From positions 1,984,001 through 2,048,000 of the forward strand of contig CAXXOA010000001.1 of NCBI GenBank assembly GCA_963666275.2: a stretch of DNA of 64,000 nt, read 5' to 3'. Shown here piece after piece: positions 19,490 through 29,708 of this stretch. The stretch is from Oceanispirochaeta sp. Its GTDB lineage: Bacteria > Spirochaetota > Spirochaetia > DSM-2461. How positions within the stretch are numbered: the stretch's first letter is position 1; every line of letters starts with the position of its first letter. The notes beneath the pieces are model-generated. The model was not told the origin of the DNA, made no database searches, and worked only from the letters and a program-made list of their open reading frames with translations. The position numbers and the translations under genes were made by a program.

Positions 19490-21372
19490 TCTGAGCGCTC
19501 CTCACTGATTTCCAGTGTTTTTTCTTTCTCATTTGTCAGTAGTTTGAGTACCGTTGTTTTTTCTTTTTCAATATCCACACGGAGCTCCACAGTTGTATTT
19601 TTGTAAGTGAAAGAGAAGACATATTCTCCCGGTTCCAGGGGGATTTTCTGATCAAAAGCTCCGTCTTCCGTCAGATCTACGATCTCTCCGGGAAAACCCG
19701 CAGAAAGCAGCCGCTCATCGCCATCAATTCTTATTTCAATACTGTCGTTCCAGCCGTCTACTTTCACATATCCCTCTACTGGCACCATCTGGGCATCCAG
19801 CTGCAGAATAGACTGGTAGGGCTGAATCCTCAGATGATAGTCATTGGAGTAGTAACCTTCCGCCGTAACCCGTATTTTATAGACATTGTCGCTCATCAAA
19901 GGAGAAGCAAGCTGATCAATCGGCACAAAGGCGTTTTTCTCCATAATCTCAACGACTGCTATATCACTCAGATCCTTTCCCGTTTTCCTGTCTCTCGGTT
20001 TGATATCGATCTTGAGGGGCAGCGGATGATAGGATGTCCAGGAGAGATTGATCTGCCTTAACGAGCCGAAATCCCGGAGGGACCGGGTCATTTTCATGGG
20101 TTTTAGGTAAATATTTTTCCATATGACCTGACTGTCTATGACTGTCTTCAAACGATAGGCTCCCGGCGGCAGATACACGGGAGAAGAGAGAAAGGTCACC
20201 ATATCATCAGTTTCCTCGGAGAGTTTATATCTTACTGCCTTATTGATATCCGGTATGGCGGCATTGTCATCGATAAACAGGGTACTCGCCACGAAAAGGT
20301 CCTCTCCTCTCTTGGCAGGCTTCGGGATCTGCAGCTGAACCTGAAAGCCCCCGTAGCGGCTGCTGAGAAGATAGCGGTAGTGCATCCCCTTTGCATAAGC
20401 AAAGGCTCCTCCTCCGATCAGAAGAATCAGCAGAATCACGGCCACAAAGATGCCCGTTTTTTTGGTCTGTTTTCTGTATGTCCCCAATCTGGTAACGCCC
20501 CCCTCATCACTGAGCAGAGAGACCAGATCTGTTTTTATATCCTCCAGAGGAGCGCTGTTATACCAGCGCTTCATTTTTTTGAGGATGTCCTCGATGCTGG
20601 CTGTCCTTTTTTTAAGAGATGCCTTCATGCATCCTCTGATAATTGAGGCGACAAATCCGGGCAGTTCCGGCTGAAGTTTTTTGGGAGATGTATAGCGGCC
20701 CTTCTGTATTTTCAGTACAGTTTCGGGGTTCATCTTACCGGGAAAAGGTTTTTTTCCTGTCACCATTTCATAGAGCATAACCCCCAGTGAGTAGATATCA
20801 GCCTGACAAGTGACATTACGGGAATCCTCAAACTGCTCGGGAGCCATATAGGAGGGTGTACCCAGGGTCATACCATCCCGGGTCAGTGTATCTTCTTCAG
20901 AATCCGACTGGGCGATTCCGAAGTCCACAAGCTTTATCTCTCCCGTTCTGGAAACCATAATATTGGCGGGTTTAATATCTCTATGTATAACCTGCCGGCT
21001 GTGGGCGTATTGCAGAGCCAGAGCCGCATGATAGAAGATGTAGAGAGCGGCGTTTATATCCAGGTACCGCTCCTTTTTCAGAAGGATATCCACAGAACAG
21101 CCGTCGACAAACTCCTGAACAATATAAAAAGAGGAAGCCTGTTTGAAATGATCATACACCCTGACAATATTTTCATGGCTGAAATCAATCATGATTTTCG
21201 CCTCACGCCGGAAACGTTCAGCCACCTGTTCATTGTTTCTCAATGTCAGTTTTTTCAGCACAACCGGTTGTTCCAGAGTAGGATGAATGCCTTTGAATAC
21301 GGCCCCCATCCCCCCTTCGGCAATCTTATCTTCAATCGTGTATTTTCCGATTTTTGCCGGTACTTTTGCCAT
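19486..21372 (-). CDS. Membrane-anchored Hanks-type Ser/Thr protein kinase
   Basis: EGGMGAV, VVLKK, HRDIKPAN, DFG, GTPSYMAPE; one TM helix; beta-rich extracytoplasmic C-terminus. Confidence 0.95.
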   Translation of the reverse strand: MAKVPAKIGKYTIEDKIAEGGMGAVFKGIHPTLEQPVVLKKLTLRNNEQVAERFRREAKIMIDFSHENIVRVYDHFKQASSFYIVQEFVDGCSVDILLKKERYLDINAALYIFYHAALALQYAHSRQVIHRDIKPANIMVSRTGEIKLVDFGIAQSDSEEDTLTRDGMTLGTPSYMAPEQFEDSRNVTCQADIYSLGVMLYEMVTGKKPFPGKMNPETVLKIQKGRYTSPKKLQPELPGFVASIIRGCMKASLKKRTASIEDILKKMKRWYNSAPLEDIKTDLVSLLSDEGGVTRLGTYRKQTKKTGIFVAVILLILLIGGGAFAYAKGMHYRYLLSSRYGGFQVQLQIPKPAKRGEDLFVASTLFIDDNAAIPDINKAVRYKLSEETDDMVTFLSSPVYLPPGAYRLKTVIDSQVIWKNIYLKPMKMTRSLRDFGSLRQINLSWTSYHPLPLKIDIKPRDRKTGKDLSDIAVVEIMEKNAFVPIDQLASPLMSDNVYKIRVTAEGYYSNDYHLRIQPYQSILQLDAQMVPVEGYVKVDGWNDSIEIRIDGDERLLSAGFPGEIVDLTEDGAFDQKIPLEPGEYVFSFTYKNTTVELRVDIEKEKTTVLKLLTNEKEKTLEISEERSE

Positions 21373-21375
21373 TCT

Positions 21376-22395
21376 CTATAACTCCTGCTCTACATCAAAA
21401 ATATATTCTTCCGGATCCGGTTCCTGGAAAGGATCAGAATAGAAAATCTGCATCCTGTCCGGATTATGAATCTGAATGTAAAGATCATCGGCCCGCAATT
21501 TATATTTGCCTGTAATTGTCCGATGTCCGCCCAGATATTTCTGCAGGGGTCTGCCGTATTCTTCTCTGTAGTTCAAAAGAAATTTCTCAACAGTACCGGG
21601 CAGTGATTTATCATTCTGAGTCCAGGTCAGTCCGTCCTTCATATCGTCATCATCATGAATATTTACAACCTCCAGGGGAGTGTAATAGTCCAGAGGCTCC
21701 GCATGGGATGCCATAAAATTCCGGCCCACGGCCATATAGGGAAGGAGATATTCAAACTCGGCATAATCGTTAAGGAATTCCTCTCCCAGGAATTTAAGAA
21801 CCCAGCGTTTCACCATTTCCCCTTCATAGACAAATTTTCCGAATGAATGGTTACCTCTCCCCTCTTCATTCCGGATATTCTCGTGGTTTCCTTTGAGAAA
21901 GTGGAACTGGTTGGGGAATCTCTGTTTCAGAAGCATGACCATTTCCATCAGACCCAGGCTTTCGCACATTTCCTGATCCATATTTTTATGCCGTCGGAAT
22001 CCCGTCTGAAACTCTTCATAACTATTAATCCAGCGGAAATATCCCCGCTTTTCGGAATGGAAACCGTCTCCCAGACAAAGGAGCTGGATGGTGTGACTGT
22101 TCAGCCCTTCCAGCACTGTCATCCCTTGAGGACTTTTCCATGTCAGGACTTTATACAGGAACTCCCTTCTGGCATGCAGATCGGGAACTACAACCACTGG
22201 GATCTCCGGATTGAGAAGGAGCAATCCTCCGGGGAGGCCGTTTTCATCGGGAATCCGGATCAGGGGATTTTCATTTACAAGAATATGAACGACCCCGTCC
22301 AGATGGGTCCTGAGTTTTTTCAGAGAATCAACTTTTTTACTGAGCTGCAACTGTTTCAGCTCTTCTTTGAATTTTTCCAGATCTGACATATTCAT
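21376..22395 (-). CDS. Calcineurin-like metallophosphoesterase (PPP-like phosphatase candidate)
   Basis: PDLH, LGDG, KGNHE, SHA and GGH metal-binding motifs. Confidence 0.8.
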   Translation of the reverse strand: MNMSDLEKFKEELKQLQLSKKVDSLKKLRTHLDGVVHILVNENPLIRIPDENGLPGGLLLLNPEIPVVVVPDLHARREFLYKVLTWKSPQGMTVLEGLNSHTIQLLCLGDGFHSEKRGYFRWINSYEEFQTGFRRHKNMDQEMCESLGLMEMVMLLKQRFPNQFHFLKGNHENIRNEEGRGNHSFGKFVYEGEMVKRWVLKFLGEEFLNDYAEFEYLLPYMAVGRNFMASHAEPLDYYTPLEVVNIHDDDDMKDGLTWTQNDKSLPGTVEKFLLNYREEYGRPLQKYLGGHRTITGKYKLRADDLYIQIHNPDRMQIFYSDPFQEPDPEEYIFDVEQEL

Positions 22396-22922
22396 TCCGG
22401 TATCATTGTGTTGTTTATGGTAACAAATTCTCGGGTTATGGCATCGGCAGCTTTCTCAATCTGCCGAGTCTGGTCAAAAGCCTGCATTTCCTGAGGCATC
22501 ACAGCAATTTTATAGGCAGGAGAGGATTTTTTTAAAGCTCCTCCCGTGAACTCTACATTTTTATCAAGGTTCACTGCTTTTTTCAGTTTCATTTTGTTCT
22601 CTTTAAGAGTTTCCGGAACGTCTTTACGTATTCCGATGCTGGCATAAATGACCTGTCTTGCACCGCCGGATTCCGCCGGACCCACACCCAGAATAGAACC
22701 GGAATAGGTCAGAACCAGAAACGCTCTGGATTCATCGGAGGGAAGATGATGCTCTATCATCATTCCGTAGGAATTGACCTGATCTGTAAAGATTTTTTCT
22801 TTTCTGTTCCAGGAATCCGCCAGAAGATCCTGAAGAGCCGGAGAGGATGTTAATTCTGAAATACCTGAAAGGGATTGCAAGTGAGATTGAACATCTTTTG
22901 GCAGTTTTTTAAATGACCCCAT
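22392..22922 (-). CDS. Hypothetical protein, first gene of the kinase operon
   Basis: AAAGGAG SD; ATGA overlap with the next gene. Confidence 0.7.
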   Translation of the reverse strand: MGSFKKLPKDVQSHLQSLSGISELTSSPALQDLLADSWNRKEKIFTDQVNSYGMMIEHHLPSDESRAFLVLTYSGSILGVGPAESGGARQVIYASIGIRKDVPETLKENKMKLKKAVNLDKNVEFTGGALKKSSPAYKIAVMPQEMQAFDQTRQIEKAADAITREFVTINNTMIPE

Positions 22923-22970
22923 GGAAGTACTCCTTTCTGAAATTCTGCAAAACTGTTATGCTAAACTATA

Positions 22971-23630
22971 ATGAAATATTTGCCGAATGTCAGAGGCTTT
23001 CTGATTCTTATGATACTAATTGTACCAAACGGCATACTTCCGGCAGGTGACAATTTGAAACTAGCATGCATGGGTGACAGTATAACCTACGGGTTTGGAT
23101 TAATAAACAGCGACAATAGTTATCCGGGACTCCTTGGAAAAACCCTTTCCTCCCATTGGGAAATCAGGAATTTCGGTGTTAACGGTGCCTGTGCCCGTTC
23201 AGGACAGGCCGATTCCTATGATAAAACCGGTATGGTGGAAAAAATTAATAAGTGGGATCCTGAAATACTTCTTTTCATGCTGGGCAGCAACGATTCGAAG
23301 GCGGAAAACTGGGTTGACCGCAATACCTACCTGTCAGCCTGCCGGGATCTGCTTGCCAGTATAAAAGAGCGGGAAAGGACTGTGTTTATAATGCTGCCTC
23401 CCCCGGCGGGGATCAATTTTTTCGGGATCAGAAATGAGATCATCCAGAAGGAGATCTATCCGGCTCTCAGAGAGCTTGCCGCAGAAAAGGGATATCCTGT
23501 TATTGAGTTTACCGAAAAAATGAAAGGCAGCCCCTATCTGTTTCTGGATAATGTTCACCCTAATAAATACGGGTATACCCTCATGTCAGGAGCCATCAGC
23601 AAAGAACTGAAAACTTACGGATTGGAATAG
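22971..23630 (+). CDS. SGNH/GDSL hydrolase (exported esterase)
   Basis: GDSIT, NFGVNG, GSND and DNVHPN blocks. Confidence 0.9.
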   Translation: MKYLPNVRGFLILMILIVPNGILPAGDNLKLACMGDSITYGFGLINSDNSYPGLLGKTLSSHWEIRNFGVNGACARSGQADSYDKTGMVEKINKWDPEILLFMLGSNDSKAENWVDRNTYLSACRDLLASIKERERTVFIMLPPPAGINFFGIRNEIIQKEIYPALRELAAEKGYPVIEFTEKMKGSPYLFLDNVHPNKYGYTLMSGAISKELKTYGLE

Positions 23631-25147
23631 GTAAAGGTTTTATTCAGATTGTCCTTTCTGTACTGAATGTAGTCGATTTCGTCCAGAGACCTGGAAAAAT
23701 AGTACCCCTGAAAAGAGCGGCATCCCAGATCGATCAGAGTTTTAAGCTGGGTCTGAGTTTCCACACCCTCCACGATCAGATCCAGTTTCAACTCTTCGAT
23801 AAAAAAGAGGATTCCCTTGAGGATGGAGTAATCCAGCTTGCTCTGATCTACTTTTCTGATAAAGGATTTATCGATCTTTACAGTGTCCACAGGTAGATCT
23901 TTCAGATAGTTCAAGGAAGAGTAACCTGTTCCGAAGTCATCCAGAGAGATACTGAATCCGGCATCTTTCAACTGATTGAGTTTTGATATGGCATTAACCG
24001 GATTATCAATAAGGCTGTTCTCCGTCAATTCCAGTTTCAACCGGGAAGGAGGAATCTCATAGGTGTCGGTCAGCCTTATAAAGGTTTCCACCAGTTCGGG
24101 ATTGTAAAACTGCCTGGGAGAGACATTCACAGAGAGGGTTCCGTCGATACCCTGATCATGCCAGGATTTGAGCTGTCTGGCTGCTGAAAAAATGACCCAG
24201 TTCCCCAGAGGAATAATAAGCCCTGTCTCCTCCGCAAGAGGAATAAAATCATCTGGAGTGATATTCCCTTTGACAGGATGATTCCACCGGATAAGAGCCT
24301 CTGTTCTGATATCCTCGATTCTGTAGCTGTTCGCTTCGGTTTCCAGAGTCACAATAGGCTGATAGGTTAAAAAGAACTGTTTGTCGATCTCTTTTATTGC
24401 CTGCTTTTCAAGAGCCTTTATAATACTGTTCTGGAGTTCCATTTTCTCAATCACAAGATCACTGATCTCATCTGTAAAAATGGTATAGCTTATTTTTTTC
24501 TTGAAGGCGTAACTGAGAGCGATGTCGGAGTTATGAAGCAGGGTGTTCCGGTCAAGGCCATGCTTGGGAAACATGGCCACGCCGCAGCTTGAATCAATGG
24601 AAATATTATACCCTGAAAAGATATGGGGTCTTTTTATCTGTTCATTCAGAAGCTGCAGGAACATCTGCAGCCTGTTTTCATCTTTCACATTCTGATAGAC
24701 AATCAGAAATTCGTCTTCCCTGGTATGGTAGACAATATTTTCAAGGCCGCATAAATCGGTCAGCCTTACCCCTATCTGATAGAGAACCCATTCGCTGATT
24801 GTCGGTTTCAGAGCTTTGTTGATAGCCTCAAAATTTTCATTGAGTTTTATAAGAATAAAGGCTATGGGAGAATGATCTGATACTTCAAGCCTCTGATCGA
24901 GAAGCTTATTGATCTCCTCGTTGGCTTTCACATGATTGGGTAACCCTGTTTTATGATTTATAACAACACGGCGATGGAGATCAGAATTCTCTTTTTTTAT
25001 GTTTTTCAGCTCCAGGGCAAGTTCTCCGACCTGGTCAACAAGCTCCGAACGTTCATCTTCCAGTGTCTGTACCAGATCAATAAGTTCTTCAGATGAAAGC
25101 TGCTGCAGTTTTTTTTGGTTTATTTTAAAATCTGAATTATTATCCAT
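23615..25147 (-). CDS. Coiled-coil + degenerate GGDEF + EAL c-di-GMP phosphodiesterase
   Basis: GGDEF position reads REDEF; intact EAL, ELTE, DDFGTGYSSL, KID, EGVE and QGY. Confidence 0.9.
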   Translation of the reverse strand: MDNNSDFKINQKKLQQLSSEELIDLVQTLEDERSELVDQVGELALELKNIKKENSDLHRRVVINHKTGLPNHVKANEEINKLLDQRLEVSDHSPIAFILIKLNENFEAINKALKPTISEWVLYQIGVRLTDLCGLENIVYHTREDEFLIVYQNVKDENRLQMFLQLLNEQIKRPHIFSGYNISIDSSCGVAMFPKHGLDRNTLLHNSDIALSYAFKKKISYTIFTDEISDLVIEKMELQNSIIKALEKQAIKEIDKQFFLTYQPIVTLETEANSYRIEDIRTEALIRWNHPVKGNITPDDFIPLAEETGLIIPLGNWVIFSAARQLKSWHDQGIDGTLSVNVSPRQFYNPELVETFIRLTDTYEIPPSRLKLELTENSLIDNPVNAISKLNQLKDAGFSISLDDFGTGYSSLNYLKDLPVDTVKIDKSFIRKVDQSKLDYSILKGILFFIEELKLDLIVEGVETQTQLKTLIDLGCRSFQGYYFSRSLDEIDYIQYRKDNLNKTFTYSNP

Positions 25148-25324
25148 ATATTTTTCTTATCGGGTATGATTCCAGATGCATTCTACATTGATAACCCAAC
25201 TATAGCAAACATTTTTCCTTTATCTCAGGAAAAAAGAGAAAACCCGGGGACCTTTTTATTTTTCTTATAATAAATGGCAAAAAATCACAATTTAATTCTG
25301 TCCTGTTATGATATAACTGTCTCT

Positions 25325-26272
25325 ATGAATCTCCTTTTACTTCTGGGGGCAATAGGATGGGACACATTTCCCGGAGAACCCCCTTCCGCTTTTCATCCTA
25401 CGGTATGGATGGGAAAATACATCCACTTTTTCTGGAAACTGAATAAAAAACGAACTCCCGCCTATGATTTTTTCTGGGGTTTGCTGCTGCTGATTCTGGG
25501 GTTGGTGATTTTTACAGGCCCTCTTTTTCTGCTGTTTTTACTTCTTCCGACACAGCCTTTGCTATTAAGGCTAATAGTGGTGATCCCTCTTCTGAAGGTT
25601 TCCTTTTCCATCCGCTATCTGTTTAAAGCAGCCCGGGAAGTCCTGTCTGCTCTGGAAAATCAGGATATGGCGGAAGCCCGGCGGCTCACAGCCTGGCATC
25701 TTGTCAGCAGAGATACTTCGGAGCTCTCGAAAGAGCAGATCGTGTCTGCTGTGATTGAATCGGTAGCTGAAAACATCACTGACAGCTTTATATCTCCTGT
25801 ATTCTACTTTTTTCTGCTGGGAGTTCCCGGAGCCTGGGGATTCAGGTTCATCAACACTTCGGATGCGATGATAGCCTACAGAAATGCGGAGTTTGAATGG
25901 GGAGGAAAGCCAACGGCCTGGGCGGATTCTTTTTTAAATCTTATCCCGGCACGACTAACCGGTCTGGGCATTACTCTGGCCGCTGCGATATTACAGGGTT
26001 TTTCAGGGAAACACAGCTATGAAACAATGAAAAAACACCATAGCGAGACAGCCAGTCCCAATGCGGGATGGACAATGAGCGCTATGGCGGGAGCCCTGGG
26101 TATCACCCTGGAAAAAATCGGTGATTACCGTTTGAACGGCGGTTCAGGCGCACTTGATGAACAGGCTATCAGAAGATGTCTGAAACTCACCTTTCTTTCA
26201 CTCCTTATTTCACTTCTCTTTCTTCTGTTTTTTTATGAGGGCATTCTATGGATTGTGAACATGGCGGTTTAA
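25325..26272 (+). CDS. cbiB: Adenosylcobinamide-phosphate synthase
   Basis: HPTVWMG, VSRDT, ESVAEN.TD, INTSDAM, SPNAGW; start moved to ATG 25325. Confidence 0.9.
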   Translation: MNLLLLLGAIGWDTFPGEPPSAFHPTVWMGKYIHFFWKLNKKRTPAYDFFWGLLLLILGLVIFTGPLFLLFLLLPTQPLLLRLIVVIPLLKVSFSIRYLFKAAREVLSALENQDMAEARRLTAWHLVSRDTSELSKEQIVSAVIESVAENITDSFISPVFYFFLLGVPGAWGFRFINTSDAMIAYRNAEFEWGGKPTAWADSFLNLIPARLTGLGITLAAAILQGFSGKHSYETMKKHHSETASPNAGWTMSAMAGALGITLEKIGDYRLNGGSGALDEQAIRRCLKLTFLSLLISLLFLLFFYEGILWIVNMAV

Positions 26273-27305
26273 ACTACCGGGATCTTATATCCCGGGGAAT
26301 CTCTCCCTCCGGGGTTCTGGATTTCAGTGTCAGTGTCTTCCCCGATCCCCTGCCCCCTGGTTTTCTGGAGGATTTTGATCCGGAGACTCTGACAAGATAC
26401 CCTGACACACACTGTTTCGAACTGCGTCAGTCTATTCTGAAGGAGTCTGACTATTCTTCCCTGGACTCTCTTCTTGTGACCAACGGAACCTCCCAGGCCA
26501 TTTTCCTCATTGTGTCGGCCCTTCTCGAAAGGGAGGAACCTGTTGGCATAATTACACCCACATACGGTCAGTATGAACAAGCCTGCGGTCTTAAAACCCG
26601 GAATATTTTTTCTGCTGCCATGGAGTTCGTTCCGGGAGAAATCAGATTTCCCATGGAAGAAACACTCACTCTGCTTGAATCGAAGGCGCCCCGGCTTTTA
26701 TGGCTCTGTTCTCCCAATAATCCCACAGGGAATATGCTGACTCCGGAGCAATTCGGGCTGGTTTACTCAAAGTGTCTGCAAACCGGAACTATTTTGATCC
26801 TGGATGAAGCCTACCGCTGTTTTGCCCGGGAAAAATCAAGATTGAAAGCGTCCGGTGAAAACCTTCTTATCCTCAGATCAATGACGAAAGATTACGGGAT
26901 CCCCGGTCTTCGTCTTGGCTACATTCAGGGGCAGGAGACTCTTATTTCCCGATTGAAAAACTGGCAGCCTGAATGGAGTGTAAATGCTCCTGCCCAGGAA
27001 GCCGGCTTGAAATGCTTCCGTTTTCAGGAATTTTTCAGGGAAAAGTGGACCCGAATAGCCTAAGAACAGAAAAACTGAGGGAGCAGATTGCATCCCTGGG
27101 ATTTGAAACCTATCCGACAAATACCAATTTCTTCCTATTTAAAGTATCCAATCCGGAAGCATTGAAGGCTCATCTCTGGAAGGAACAGATCCTTGTGAGG
27201 GATTGCGGGTCTTTCGGTTTGAATGGTTTTATCCGCATTGGATGCCACACCCCCAAAAATAACACCAGGCTGCTTGAAAGCCTGAAGGAGTACCGGGAAA
27301 GATGA
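26248..27305 (+). pseudogene. cobD: Threonine-phosphate decarboxylase (PLP-dependent), frameshifted near 27060
   Basis: HGG, DFSVS, CSPNNPTG, DEAY and SMTK..GLRLG in 26248-27063; C-terminal NFFL...VRDC..F...FIRI continues in the -1 frame to 27305. Confidence 0.8.
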
Positions 27306-27847
27306 CTCTTGTTTTAGGAGGGGCTAAATCCGGAAAAACCGGTTTTGCCGAAAAAACTGCCAGAGAACTGTCAGAAGAGAAAAATGCACAGGTATATTAC
27401 CTTGCCACAGCACGTGCCTGGGATGACGAGGTCTGTCTGAGGATACAGAGACACCGGGACTCCCGTCCTGATCACTGGGTAACTCTGGAGTATCCTGTGG
27501 AGATTCAGAATATTTTTTCTGATAATATTGTAAAACCCGGCAGTGTCGTCCTGTTCGACTGCCTTACCATGTGGATAACCAATCTTCTCATGGAACTGGG
27601 AGAAACCTTCACCAAAGAGGAAGTCGAAGAAAAGGTGACAGGCAAACTGGAGGAGTTCCTGATCCGGGCCCGGGATTTTTCGGGTGAGATAATTATTATT
27701 TCCAACCTTGTAGAACTGGGTCTTGTTTCACCGAATTTTCTGGGCAGGACTTTTCAGGATATAGCCGGCATCTGTCATCAGAAACTGGCAGCCCTTTCCG
27801 ACCGGGTCTATCAGGTAACTGCGGGCATACCGGTCAAGATCAAATGA
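27302..27847 (+). CDS. cobU: Adenosylcobinamide kinase/guanylyltransferase
   Basis: GGAKSGKT, YLATA, RIQRHR, DCLT.W. Confidence 0.92.
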   Translation: MTLVLGGAKSGKTGFAEKTARELSEEKNAQVYYLATARAWDDEVCLRIQRHRDSRPDHWVTLEYPVEIQNIFSDNIVKPGSVVLFDCLTMWITNLLMELGETFTKEEVEEKVTGKLEEFLIRARDFSGEIIIISNLVELGLVSPNFLGRTFQDIAGICHQKLAALSDRVYQVTAGIPVKIK

Positions 27848-28914
27848 ATAAAGGATTGACCATGAACATTCTGGAGAACCTGGAACAGATCCTCCCCCTG
27901 GATAGAATATCAATGAAGGAAGCTGAAAAACGATGGGACAGTTTAACCAAGCCTCCCCACAGCCTGGGAAAACTGGAGGATGTGGTGATTCAGCTGGCAG
28001 GGATACAGAAAAATTCCATGCCCCGTATCCATAAACGGACAGTGATCTGTTATGCCGCCGATCACGGAGTTGTTCATGAAGGAGTGTCTCCTTCAAAACA
28101 GATTGTCACAGCGGAAATGGTCAAGAATTTTGTAAACGGCGGCGCTGCGATCAGCGTGCTCTCCCGGGAAATCGGGGCTGAACTGATCGTGATCAATGCC
28201 GGCATGGCCAACAGGGTCAATCACCCCAGGGTGATTCAGAGACCCGTTGCTCCCGGCACAGCCAATATGGCGGAAAAAGCGGCCATGACCGAGTCTCAGG
28301 TCCATGCGTCTCTGCATCTGGGATACAGCGCTGCTGTTGAATCCATTAAAAGCGGTACGGATCTGATCATCACAGGCGAAATGGGTGTGGGAAACACAAC
28401 AGCCGCCAGTGCAATCTATGCCTGTATGACCGGTCTGGATCCTGCGGATGTGACAGGTACAGGAGCCGGTCTGCCCCCGGAAAAACTTGATCATAAGATT
28501 GAGGTTATCCGGAAGATTCTGGCACTGCACAATCCCTCTCCTGATGACCCTCTGAATGTACTCAGAACTGTCGGCGGATTCGAACTGGCTGCCATGGTGG
28601 GAACGATGATTGCCGGTGCGGTTCACAGATGCCCTGTCATTGTGGACGGTTTTATCTCAGGCGCCGCAGCCGTGATTGCCATGTCTTTACACAAGGGAGT
28701 GAAAGACTATCTTGTTTTTTCCCACAGCTCGGGAGAAAAGGGTTTTCAGGAAGTCTGCCGGACCTTCGGCATCATCCCGCTGGTGGATCTGAACATGCAT
28801 CTGGGAGAAGGCACAGGGGCTGTGATGATACTCCCCCTAATTGATAACAGTCTGGCCTGCTATCATCATATGGCTACATTTGAAGAAGCCGGAGTAACGG
28901 AGATAGATATCTGA
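27844..28914 (+). CDS. cobT: Nicotinate-nucleotide-dimethylbenzimidazole phosphoribosyltransferase
   Basis: LTKPPHSLGKLE, ADHG, GEMGVGNTT, LGEGTGA. Confidence 0.95.
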   Translation: MNKGLTMNILENLEQILPLDRISMKEAEKRWDSLTKPPHSLGKLEDVVIQLAGIQKNSMPRIHKRTVICYAADHGVVHEGVSPSKQIVTAEMVKNFVNGGAAISVLSREIGAELIVINAGMANRVNHPRVIQRPVAPGTANMAEKAAMTESQVHASLHLGYSAAVESIKSGTDLIITGEMGVGNTTAASAIYACMTGLDPADVTGTGAGLPPEKLDHKIEVIRKILALHNPSPDDPLNVLRTVGGFELAAMVGTMIAGAVHRCPVIVDGFISGAAAVIAMSLHKGVKDYLVFSHSSGEKGFQEVCRTFGIIPLVDLNMHLGEGTGAVMILPLIDNSLACYHHMATFEEAGVTEIDI

Positions 28915-29708
28915 TGAAAAAACTGATTTACGCCCTGCGTTTTATGACGATTCTGCCGATTCCCTGGAAGGAGAATGAAGACCTTGTAAAGGTTTCAAGA
29001 TCTTCGGGAGTTTTCCCCCTGGTAGGCTTCATCATAGGCTTTCTGCTTGCCGCAACAGGACTACTCTTCCGCCACCTGCTACCCCTTCCGGTCATAGCGG
29101 TTACCCAGACACTGCTCTGGATATTCCTCACAGGAGGGCTGCACCTGGACGGCCTGTCTGATACTTTTGACGGCATCGGAAGCCGACAAGGCCGTGAAAA
29201 AACTCTGGAAATCATGAAGGACAGTAATATTGGCGCTTTCGGTGCCCTAGCACTGATTTCTCAGATCCTATTTAAGTACATCTTAATAAGCGAAATCAAT
29301 AAAATAGCCTTCTGGCTCATAATCATTCCTCCGGTCACAGGCCGATGGGGTCAGCTGATCAGCATTTACTACTATAATTCCGCCCGGGATTCGGGCATGG
29401 GGAAGTTTTTCCGGGACTATATAAGAAAATACGAACTTATACTGGGACTACTGATAACAGTGGCAGTGTATTGCCTGCTACTACCCCTGTCCGGTCTTCT
29501 CATTTTACCAATACATGCCCTTCTCATTGTAGTCATATCCTCCGGAGTTTCCAGAAAACTGGGAGGTTTGACAGGAGATGTCTATGGTCTGATCTGCGAA
29601 ACAGGAGAATCAGCAACACTGTTACTGCTGCTGTTGTATTATTCTATTATAGGAAGTCCGGTTTATTCAGAGGTTCTGAATCAACTCATCCATCTCTTTC
29701 TCCAGTGA
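28914..29708 (+). CDS. cobS: Adenosylcobinamide-GDP ribazoletransferase (cobalamin synthase)
   Basis: FMTILP, TGGLHLDGLSD, IMKDS, GGLTGDVYG. Confidence 0.93.
   Translation: MKKLIYALRFMTILPIPWKENEDLVKVSRSSGVFPLVGFIIGFLLAATGLLFRHLLPLPVIAVTQTLLWIFLTGGLHLDGLSDTFDGIGSRQGREKTLEIMKDSNIGAFGALALISQILFKYILISEINKIAFWLIIIPPVTGRWGQLISIYYYNSARDSGMGKFFRDYIRKYELILGLLITVAVYCLLLPLSGLLILPIHALLIVVISSGVSRKLGGLTGDVYGLICETGESATLLLLLLYYSIIGSPVYSEVLNQLIHLFLQ

Noticed and set aside
25148..25324. Cobalamin riboswitch upstream of cbiB
   Set aside because: Short AT-rich divergent promoter region with no B12-box-like sequence visible
27030..27063. Programmed -1 frameshift in cobD
   Set aside because: No canonical X XXY YYZ heptamer in frame and no evident stimulatory structure; an indel is the simpler explanation
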